Origin: Octopus sinensis
Lineage: Eukaryota
Assembly (NCBI RefSeq): GCF_006345805.1
Contig: NC_043000.1
Span: 45,260,001-45,324,000, forward strand
Reading direction: 5' to 3'
DNA: 64,000 nt
Below are positions 53,501 through 64,000 of the stretch, piece after piece. The notes under the pieces were generated by a model. The model saw only the letters and a list, made by a program, of their open reading frames with translations, ran no database searches and had not been told where the DNA came from. Positions within the stretch are counted from its first letter, which is position 1, and each line of letters opens with the position of its first letter. A program made the translations under genes and the position numbers.

Positions 53501-55097
53501 AGAAAGATAGACAGAGTTTTGATTTCAGTTACTGAAATCTTTTTTAGAAGAAACTATTATCTTTCAGAAAAGTATTTTTCCTCTATGTGTGTGTGTAAGA
53601 GAGAGAGAAAGATAGAGCGAGAGAGAGAGAGGGAGAAAGAATTTATGTTTACATCCGATATTATTGATTTATATTTTTGCAATTATATTGGCTGGTGGTT
53701 TCTGTAAAATTTGACCTTTTGTATGAAATTTTGAAGTTTGTTTTTGATGGTTTTAAAACATTTTCTGTCTACTTTGGAGTGACAAGCCAGAGGTAGCGTT
53801 CATGCAATTTGTCTGTTCAGTCTGTTGTCTGTGCCCAGGTCAACTAGAAGTGACTAGTTTTTTTTTTTCTTCTTTTTCTTCTGTCAGGCAAATTGGTTTC
53901 AAAGTTTTGGTACAAAAAAGGCTGGCAATTTTAGAAGAGGGGATGAGTTGATTACAATGGATCCTGATATTCAACCGGTAGTTATTTTATTGACCCTGGA
54001 AAAGTAAAGAGTAAAGTCAACACCGAATTTGGATTCATGACATAAAGATGGACAAAATGTAGCTAAACATTTTGCTTAGCACTGTAATGATTCTGCCAGC
54101 TTGCCGCCTTAATTTGGACAAGCAAATTAGATCCAGAACTACAGTATCTAATGAGCACTTTCTCTTTAAAGACAGTACAATTTAATTTGAAGGAAATTTG
54201 ACTGCTCTTTGTAGATGGTTTGATGATTGCATATAATCTTCTACATTGGCCTTATATTCAAACAGTTTAATGTAACAGCCAAATACCCCAAATTAAAACC
54301 TTACAGAATTGCTAGGCTGATATTTTAGAATTGATCATGTTTCAGATAACATCACGCATTTAGGAAATATTGTTTAAAAAATTTTTTGTGACAGTTTTTT
54401 CACATTTTTAAGGTTTCAAAGTTTTTATGGTATCTAATAGAATATGAGTGACACAAATGATGGCAGTGTTAATGATCATCATGTTAATGTTGTTGGACAG
54501 TTGTTTTGTTTTTATCTTGCTTGTTTCAGTCATTTCACTGTGGCCATACTGGGGCACCACCTTGTAGGGTTTTAGTCAAACAAATTGACCCCTAGACTTA
54601 TTCTTTTAAAACCTAGTACTTGTAGCATTTAGTGAAATACATTATCCCTCTTTGAGAAACATCATACATATAACATCGCGCCAGATAGCAGCAGCCTTCC
54701 TTTGGCTGCTTAGGCCCTGTTGTGTCTGCTACACTGATTGGTTGGTTTTGGTGCAATTTGCTTCTTGCTTTATTTCACGCCAATATGTAAACCAGCCAGT
54801 CGTAGCCTTCAGATGGAGTCCCATGACATAGTCTTCTAAATGCTTCGTTTGAGCCCCGTAATTTGAGACCCAATGATTTTGAAGTTAAAATTCTGAATTA
54901 CTGTTCTCATTTTAATGATTTGTAATTACATTGTAATATATATGCCCATTACCCATTTTTTTATTTTCCATCTCATTGTTTACCTCTGATGTCTCATATA
55001 TGAAATGCTGTAGCAAAAAATAGGGCTGGCTATAATCTCTATAGAATATCTGTAGAAATGCAGTTCTATATTTAAGAGATGAAGAATTATGTACATT

Positions 55098-55199
55098 ATT
55101 TGCATTATTTACATTTGACGGATATTTGTCCTCATCTTGTTTGTTGTTAACAACAAACAAGATGAAGACAAATATCCGTTGAATGTAAATAATGTAAAT
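55098..55199. repeat. Loop-less 102-bp palindrome centred on GTT|AAC
   Basis: 51-bp arms with 4 DNA mismatches. Confidence 0.95.
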
Positions 55200-55665
55200 G
55201 TAGAAATAACCTTAGCAAAATACTGTTCTCAGTCATAGTGTCAAATCATTTTACAAGTATTGTGTTGCTTTGTTGTACCCCTGAGCAAAGTACATAAACC
55301 AACTTGCTCTTATTTATACCTTCTCTTGTTTGAGTGGTTAGCTACTGAACACTAAACCAATTTTTACCATGAGCTGATAGGTGGCTCTACATATTTCTTT
55401 GATCTGCAAGGAATTACAATGAAACATTCCTCAAATAATGCCCGGCTATCTTAAAAAAAGGAAAGATATGTTAGGTAATATATTCTAAGTTATACTTTTC
55501 TTTAAAAACAAAAAAAGAGATCGATATTACCACAGCTGAAAGTTTGCTGATCAGAGCTGCTGAGCTAACACAACCACAACAGTTGTTCCAAAGAAAGAAA
55601 AAAATCACCCTAATCATGGAAAAATCGCCATCAAAACAAAGATCTGTGAAATAAAAATAATAATA

Positions 55666-55848
55666 ATCCTTTCTATGAAGGCACAAGGCCTAAAATTTTG
55701 GGGGAGGGGAAATAATAATTATTATCATTATCACTATTATTTCCCCTTACCCAAAATATTTTAGGCCTTGTGCCTTCAGTAGAAAGGATTATCATTATTA
55801 TTTCCCCTCCCCCCAAATTTTAGGCCTTGTGCCTTCAGTAGAAAGGAT
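55666..55848. repeat. Three copies of a SINE C 3' tail (one inverted, two direct)
   Basis: 55666-55716 is the reverse complement of 55736-55789 and 55797-55848; it resembles the tail at ~40965-41010. Confidence 0.85.
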
Positions 55849-58355
55849 AATAATAATAATAGTAATAACAATAATAATCGTTTCAAATTTTGGTGCAAGG
55901 CCAGCAAATTGAGGGAAGGGGCTAAGTTGAGTTCATAGTCTCTATTGCTCAACTGGTGCTTATTTTACCAACCCTGAAAGGATGGAAGGCGAAGATGACC
56001 TTGGCAGCATTTGAACTCAAAATGTAAAGATGGACGAAATGCTGCTAAGCATTTTGCTCAGCATGCTGACAATTCTTGGATGAATGATAATGGGCCAGTA
56101 TTCCATCACTCAGTATATTTATGATGTAAATAAAATTATCTGTGTTGACAGCTGTACTTTAATAAAAATAAATATATTTTTTTTTATTTAAGTACAGTTT
56201 ATCCTCTTTGTATTAAAGCACTTCAGTTGAAAACAAAAAGCAATCATTTAAATTTAATGTTTAATCCTATATCTCTGTGAAATATCGTTTCTATTTAACT
56301 TTTTTCTGACCTGATTGATTAGTCTGAAGATATAGAATACAGAATCCTAATTGATCTGCAAAAAAGGATTAGACGAAGCAGATGTTTTTCTGTGGATGTT
56401 TATAGTATATTGATCTCATTTTATTGTTTTGTAATCCTCTACATCTTTTTATTTTTATTTTTATTATTCTTTGCTTTGCTACTTCAGAACTTTCGCTTCT
56501 GTCAGATACTGTTTATTCTTCTTTTAATACTCTATTTATAGCTGGCATTCATTTTACTAAGGATTGATATCATCAAAGAATTATTGTACCATAATCCAAA
56601 ATCCCTCTTTAAACTATGCTTCAAAAATTATTGTTTCTGTATTTTCTGCTATTAAGCTTGCCAAACAAAATAATAAAGAGCAAACAGATGGCAATTTGCT
56701 GGCATAAATGTAACTAATTTTTGGCCAATGAGTTTTGGAAAATACTTCTTAAGGTGGTGGGGGAAGCTATTTCAAAGATGATATTTTGTTGTAAATTAAT
56801 TGCAATGTTTAAAAATGTGTTTAGTGATATTATATTTACTTGTTTATTTAAATGTGTAAGAGATTTAGTGTTTCTGGGTTGGTTTGTCTATTTTCTTTCT
56901 TTTTTGCTTTTGTTTTTGTATTGCAGATTTTCTAACTTCCTGGAATAGGTTCATAGCTACTAACTAGGGAAATACTTTAAAAAAATTATTATAATTAACT
57001 TGAAATGACGTTTGAATGTTAATTTCAGTGATACACACATATGTATACATATACAGACATATATATATACATATATACATACTTATATTCATAAGTACTA
57101 GGCTTAAAAAATATGTCCTGGGGTAGATTTCTTTAACTAAAACCCTTCAAGGCAGTGTTCCAGTATGGCTGCAGTCAAATGATTGAAACAAGTAAAAGAA
57201 AAGAATAAAAGAAGAACGTGTATACAAACACACACACGCACACACACATACATGTATGTGTCTATGTATGTGCAGCATTAATGTATCAATTTGTAAAATT
57301 ACACAAAAATTATGAAAAATATATAAAGGAAAATCATTTCATTTGAACATATAACTGTTCATTTTCAAAATTTTTGTGAAAAATATGTTTGAATCAATTA
57401 TTGTGATTATATTTAAGAAGTTCATTGCAGTAATGATTATAGCTTCTGGATATTTCGTAGTTGTGGTAACTAAATTTTGTCTGTTGTATATTATTTTCAA
57501 ATATCTCCTCTTGAATTTTGTTTTTAATACTTGACAGCAATTTTCGATGTAAACAAATGCTGTATGAAATTTTGTAGCATCAAACAACTTTTTCCATAAA
57601 AAGCCAATATTCTTGAAGATAGAGGCCAAAATAATAAATAAATAACCAATATTCTATTGAAATATCAGTTTTATATAGAATAACTAATGTTTTCTCTTTT
57701 TAGAAAAAGGAGGGGGAATAGGTTCATGATAATTTTTCTTTTAAATTTTCTTACTAAGATATCGCTTATTATTAAAAAAGTATATCTGATAGTTCTAAGT
57801 GTATTGCTCTCTGTTGACATATTTTGGGTTATTGAAGAATGTGTTACAAGATACCTAAATATCTTATGTAACATGTAAGGGTGATGATCATATCTTAGAA
57901 AGCTATTTCCTTTAGGATTCTTTCATCATAAAATTCAAAGGGGAATTCTAAATGCAACAGGGTTTCCTGAAACTAACTGCTTTTTTTATTAAAAAAGAAG
58001 TCTTTTGAAATTCTTAAACATATTTACCTCCATTGTTTTCTTCATTTTAATGGATTGCTATTTTAGTTTTCCATATCTTGCAGTGTACTAGTTGTACTTA
58101 TACTTTTTAGTAAATTTATATTTAATGTTTATTAATAGTCATTTCTTATATATGCACAAGACCACAAATCTAGAAATATTAAACAGTTATTGTAGTTGCT
58201 TTATATTGCAATTGGAGGACAATAGTATTGTTGATAACAGATTTTCAATTAGTGAAACTCTTATTAACTGATATATTAATGATGAGAGAAAGAGGGATGT
58301 GTGTGTAAGACAGTGCAGAACAAATAATGCAAAGTATTTTATTTGAAAAGTGGTA

Positions 58356-60483
58356 CAGCTGACATTCGAAAATCTGACCATTGAAAATCTGGTTCCTTCA
58401 GATTTCCAGCATAGATTTTGGAGCACATTTTCAAATTTACAGAGTTGGTACGCCACTGTTTTCTGGAGGCACCATTTATGTTTTGATGCTTATTCCTTCT
58501 CATTTTATCATTTATTTGCTGCTGTATAGCCCCATTGTGGATTCAGCAAAGAAAAGAGGTGACATAAAACATAAAAATCACGCGTCGTCAATTGCAGAGA
58601 AAGTGGAAATGCTAAAAAAATCTTCATAGCAGCGTGTCTGTGTAAACCATTTGTGAAACATATGACATTGGCTCGTCAACAGTGTATGATATTAAAAAGC
58701 AGAAAGAAAAACTGTTAAAGTTCTTTTCTAACAGTTGATCAAAAAAGCATATGTTTGTAAGGAAGTCAATGATGGAGGTTAGAAGTTTGAAACTGGACCA
58801 AGTTCTCATAACCTAGTTTAATCTTTGTGTAAGTAGAGGTGTGAAAATTTCTGGTGATTTATTAAAGGAACAAGCCAAAGTGTTTGATGAAAAGCTAGGA
58901 TTGCAACACAAGTGTGAATATTCAGAAGGCTGGCTGCATCATTTCAAGTCATGACATGACTTACAGTTTTGTGCAGTGTCTGGTGAAAAACATTCAGCAG
59001 CAAGAATGTGGCTTGTTCAAATGTGGATGAATTTGCAAAGTTGGTTAGTGATGAACATTTAAGTCCTGAACAAGTGTACAATACTGATGAGACTGCCTTG
59101 TTTTGGAGATGTACACCAAAAAGAACTCTGACAACCAATAGAGTCATGGTAATATACTGCTCTAATGCTGCAGGTACCCAAAGATGTAAGTTGCTTGTTA
59201 TCAGGAAAAGTTTACATCTGAGGGCTTTCAAGGGAATGACACAGTTTCCTGTCCATTACTGTGCCAACAGGAAGGGGTGAGTTACCCCTGATATTACATT
59301 GAATTGGTTTAAAAAATGTTTTGTCCCTGAGGCTAGGGCTCACTGTAACTCAGTTGGACTAGACCCTAAATGCAAGACACTTCTTATTTTAGACAATTGA
59401 TCAGCACATCCAAACGCCAATCTTCTAGTGAAAGATAATGGTTTTGTTGTCTACCTCCCACTCAACTGCACATCAGTAATTCAATTACAGGACAATGTTG
59501 ATAACAGATTTGCTGCAAGGAAGTGCAAGTATCGATCCCTGTCAATGAAGAGCCTAGTGAGTTCAGTTAATTCAGGCACCCTAGTACAGAAGTTCATAAA
59601 AGAATTCAACATTAAGGATGTAGTGTACTGTGCTGCCAATGCATAGAAGTCTGTGAAAACATCAACACTGAAAAATAGATGGCATAAATTGTGACCCAGT
59701 TTAATGTCTACTTCTTATTCTAACAATGATACTGAAAATAGTTTTGGAGGGTTTAGGGTTTCCAAAGTAAAGCAGCTTATACAGGAACTTATTGTGTGTG
59801 TTAAAGATGTAACTAATCCTGATGCCAAGAAGCTTTCATCAAAGATAAATGAAGATGTTTTAACAGAATGGATGGATGTTGATGATAATGTGCCTACAGT
59901 TCATCATTACACTGATTCTGAAATTGTAGATATAGTTAAAAGTCTGGAGAGAAATGCCTGTACAAGTAGCGATGAAAATGAGGGAGATGTAAGAGGTAAA
60001 TTACGTTGGCTGGACTAAGTTTTGTAAATGAACAAGAAATCATGAATGTTTACTTGCTGTAAGATAAACTTATTAGAGAAAGACCCATGTATATGAAGTA
60101 ATAGACATCGCCTGATATATTCAAGAAAATAGCTAGGGAGTAGAAAGAAGCAGCAGCAATGTCCACAACTTATAATCCACTGCCCTCAAATTCAAGTCAA
60201 CCAGATGTGCTATCAACACTATCAGTTTCTTTTAAATTAAAATTCTGAGGATCTATTTTATTTAGTTGAATTAAAATTCTGTAAAACTATTTTATTTAGT
60301 TAGTGAACATTAAAATGTCATTTGATTTTCATTTAGTGCTTAATTTTCTTTCTTTAAAGCACTGTACAGGTAGCATTTTTCTGTTAAATATATCCAGCAT
60401 ATATAAACATAAAAAATTTGGCAGTTTTGAAAATCAGGCACTCCTCAGGTCTGAAGATTGTTGGATTTTAGAATGTCAACCAG
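58356..60483 (+). mobile_element. Near full-length decayed pogo/Tigger (Jerky/TIGD2-like) DNA transposon
   Basis: TA|cagctgacattcgaaaatc...gattttagaatgtcaaccag|TA TIRs; CENP-B HTH (SIAEKVE.LKK; YDIGSSTVYDIKKQKEKL); YSEGWL; VYNTDETALFW; SNAAG; LLILDN; YLP.NCTSVIQ. Multiple stops and frameshifts. Confidence 0.9.
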
Positions 60484-60749
60484 TACTTGTGTTTTCTTTC
60501 CAATACACTGCTGTACACATACATGCATACATACACAGACACTTATACATATGTATGTATATGTATTATATGACCGTAATGGTACATAACAGACTCAAGG
60601 GATGAGATTTTCAAACATTGCATTTATCAAAAGTAAAACCAAACATTTTACTTATGTAATTTGGCAGTCAAATAATATATATATATATATAGATAGATAG
60701 ATATACATATATATATATACATACATAAATATATATATGTATGCATGTA

Positions 60750-61753
60750 TCTTTATATATATAAAGCTGAGAATGTGTGTCTGTCTGTGTGTTTCCCTAA
60801 AACTTGGGAATTACACAACCAATTTCATTCAAATTTTACACATGCCGTACTTAGGGTCCATGTAGTTTCATGGGCAAAAACAAATGTTCAACTTCTTGCC
60901 TAGAGCGAGCCCATAGCAATATCATATCTTCTCCACTATTTCAGTATTACGTGTTAAAAGTGAAACAAAAATATTTCTCTATTTTATGTCAGATACTTTC
61001 ACTTTAACAATAAAAATAATAATAACAATTGAATTATGTGTAGTAAGTAATAATTAAAATCAAACTAAAGTATAATATAATCGTAACATAACAAAAGTAA
61101 AAATAGCAATTGGTATAAAATTGCATCAATGACTTGAACTTGAATTAGTGGTTTCACATGAATGGGAATAAATTAAAAATAAAATTAGCATGCAGAAATG
61201 GAATAGTCCAGATGGATAATAAAAAATTAAATTAAAGAAAAGACTATTGTCTATAAAGTATACAATGTAGAGAAAAAAGATTTGAACACCTAGAGGAAAG
61301 CGCCTTCGAAAAGTGTCTTGGTGCGACTATGAAAGATATCTAATCAGAGGCGGTAAATTCGCCACAATAGAAGCAAGGTTCGAGTCAACGGAGCGTGCAA
61401 GGGAGTACTCGACTCGAACTTGCAAAGTGGAAATATTTTATTTTTACCTTTATATCTGGGACGTAGGACGTCCTGGAAAAGAATTTTAAATCCCCCCCCC
61501 CCCAAGTAGAGGTAGGCTGGATTGTAGCCACACTTCTAAACAATTGATCGAAATTACAAGAGACGGGCTAACAATTCCAGTCTGTTATATATTTTGAGTA
61601 TTGTTATCACTAGCGATATCAAGATATAACTTTGTATTTTGCATTTTATGTGTAGATGTATATATGTAGATGTACATGTAATATGTACACATATATATAC
61701 ACATATATATGCACTAGCACTATGACCCGGCAACGACGGGTCTTTAATGCTAG
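60750..61753 (+). mobile_element. Terminally complete non-autonomous Helitron (1004 bp)
   Basis: A|TCTTTATATATATAAAGCTGA 5' end; hairpin gacccg-gcaacga-cgggtc (61724-61742); CTAG|T 3' end. Confidence 0.85.
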
Positions 61754-61989
61754 TATTTATATATATATATGTATGTGTGTGTGTAAGTTAGAGGTTTTTA
61801 AAACCTCTAAGGATGGTTAAATCCAAAGGCGCTCCTGGTGATTAGCTGCGTAAGTACAGTCCTTGTATAAGGTAGCAGGTAATTCACCGGGTAAACTGTA
61901 GTTTAAATTATAAGCAAGAAGAAAATGGAGGAAAATAACAGGAAGAAGTTGGTAGTTTGCGCTCGTAAGCTGTTAATTTAATTAATAAA

Positions 61990-62750
61990 GAAAAGTGGTA
62001 GTAATAGTACATTTACGATCGTTTCTGTTTACCAGTTATAGCGGTAGACATCATCAGAATGCAGAGTCATATGTAGAGGTAAGAAGAGTGAAAGACATAG
62101 GGATACATTCGTAACAAGAATAAAGACAAAGAATGGGGAGTCTTACAATATAGTAGATTTCTTAGTTGATAATTCTGCTGCGAAGTGGATATAGGGTGGA
62201 GGTTATTTTGATCTGTAGTCCCAAGTTTAAGTAAGCGCTTATTTTCCACGTTTATTTTGGCTAGACTTTTCACTGGCATGGTAAAGAAAAGGGATAACTC
62301 TAACTCATAAGGCAAAGGGTGCTAACTCTATCCGGATTACTCAGTCCGGGGTGAGTAAGGTATTTAAGTGTCTTTGGGACTTAAAGTTGTAGGAAGTTCG
62401 TAGAAATAGAGGAAACCGTGTGTAGGTGTAAAATAATTTATTATGTGTTGTGTAAAGTGAGTGGGGGTTGGAAGGTGAATATTTGCGTGTAAGTAGTTTA
62501 GCTGGTTCCCGGCTAAATGGGATTATTTAGATGAAGAAGCTAGCATAGGATTTGTACTGGGTCAAGCGGGTTTACCAATACCTGGAAAAGACAAAGAAGC
62601 TTATATGTAGACAAAAAATACTGTTCTCATATTTTCTATTAAGAAGAGGCGGTTTAGCTGTTTAGAATTTTTAGGCGTTTGGTTAAACAGAGATCGCATC
62701 ATCTATTGGTAGAGTTGTTAGAAGTTGTTTTTGCGAGTATGTGCCATTCT
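61990..62750 (-). mobile_element. Penelope-like element 3' remnant (GIY-YIG C-terminus plus terminal repeat region)
   Basis: Minus strand EWHILAKT..N.TNR*CDLCLTKRLKI resembles the PLE motif W.IL....Y....RC.LCL.EK..I; a hammerhead follows about 600 nt downstream. Confidence 0.7.
62008..62063 (-). ncRNA. Minimal type I hammerhead ribozyme motif
   Basis: Minus strand: tgcatt-CTGATGA-tgtctacc-gctataact-ggtaaaca-GAAAC-GATC-GTA-aatgta. Stem I 6 bp, stem II 7/8 bp, palindromic stem III ACGATCGT, GUA triplet; predicted cut between 62014 and 62013. Confidence 0.85.
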
Positions 62751-62769
62751 AATCTATATTTTTTTTTTG

Positions 62770-63300
62770 TCAGATGACTAAGAAGTTTGGGACTTCTCGA
62801 ATGGTTTTGGAGTGGTAGTTACGATGTTACAGTGTCTCCTCATGTACGATTTCATATGGAGGTCTTATTTTACAAGCCCTAGAAATGATCATTTAACTGA
62901 TTCCTCGTTCTTGAGCCATCGATTTTGATGGGTTCAACTCAATCGATCTTTCAAGTCCTGTTAAGAAGCGAAGTGTGCATTTTTAGTTACTACGAGGACT
63001 GTGAGGCTTTCTCTGAACATCATGACTTTTCTTCAAACTGGCTACAGCTCTTAAAACAGTAGATTTGGCATACTTTCTGGCTCTAACAATCTCCCCAGCA
63101 CTTTTGCTGGCATGAAATAAATCAACAATTACACTTCCATGGTTTAATTCTTTATCATTCATAGTTTCTTCCTTCTGAAATACAAAATAGGACATGTTAT
63201 TATTCAAGCTGGTAATATTTAAAATTTAAACTCTAACAAAATCTATACAATTAGAAATATACCCATTTGAAATTTGTCTCGATTTACCTATTACACCCTG
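62770..63300 (-). mobile_element. Tc1/mariner (maT/DD37D-like) 5' remnant
   Basis: TA|cagggtgtaataggtaaatcgag left TIR (same CAGGGTGT end as 12661-13843); VIVDLFHA.KSAGEIV..RKYAKSTV...RKPHSPRS..RFLTGLERSIELNPSKSM..DLHMKSY.RR. Confidence 0.75.
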
Positions 63301-64000
63301 TATATATAGTTCTTTATTTATTTATAGATAGAAAAACATAAATTACTAGCAGTATTCAGCACTTGTATGTGTCAACTAATATAAATACAATTACATTAAT
63401 TTTCTATAGTTTGGATAAAATGCTTGAAAAAGTTGCTGATAATCTTTATTCATTCAGGAAACATAGATTTAAGCAGTTTAGAAGATGGTTTAATATGAGT
63501 TTAATAAAAATGGCTACAAATATAAACATATCAATATAAGACTTGAAAGCCATATAAGTGATGTTCTTCTTTTTAGAATAAGATCCCTTCCACCACACCC
63601 AGCAAAGTTTCAGTGACCAAGATGCAAAATTCTGGCCTTCAATTTGGAATACACATGCATACATGCACACATGCAAGCACCCACATTTATATACACATAA
63701 ATAGATATTCACAAGCATGCATTCACTTCAATGAGTAAAGGTATATGTTGATATACATTAATTCCCTTTTACATAGTATGGTACTTGTGTGTGTGTGTGC
63801 TTGCGCACGTGTGCATGTGTGGGTGTGCATATATATATATATATAAACAATTGCAGTGTGGAAGGTGTTTGTAAGCCATTTAAAAACACAAAAACTATTA
63901 GATTCCCTTCAACTTTTAAATTTAATTTGCCAAAATATTTTCGTTGCTTTGAGACTGCGACCTGATCACTGACAAAATTCTGTGACAAAATTTGTCAGTG

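Overview
AT-rich, CpG-depleted eukaryotic DNA dense in microsatellites and transposable elements. The SINE families and (TA)n/(CA)n/(GATA)n arrays resemble those of octopus/coleoid cephalopods; this is inference from recall, not a database match. I found no host protein-coding gene I can support, so the window looks intronic or intergenic, and most ORF-track ORFs are microsatellite/SINE read-through or decayed TE frames. Recognisable content: three tRNA-derived SINE families (about 20 copies), RTE LINE fragments, a LINE ORF1-like remnant, a Gypsy LTR element lacking RT/RNaseH nested between a mariner and a Penelope element, several Tc1/mariner and pogo/Tigger DNA transposons, two terminally complete non-autonomous Helitrons plus a Helitron helicase fossil, a tRNA-Arg(ACG)-derived pseudogene, MITEs and long palindromes. 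The main hunt result is a set of minimal type I hammerhead-ribozyme motifs (CUGANGA...GAAAC-palindrome-GUH). One fully formed copy lies downstream of a Penelope GIY-YIG remnant (62008-62063, minus). A 2.6-kb cluster (34248-36850) holds three non-coding fold-back elements, each built from an inverted, outward-pointing pair of hammerhead motifs. Coordinates were counted by hand; boundaries of degenerate elements are approximate.
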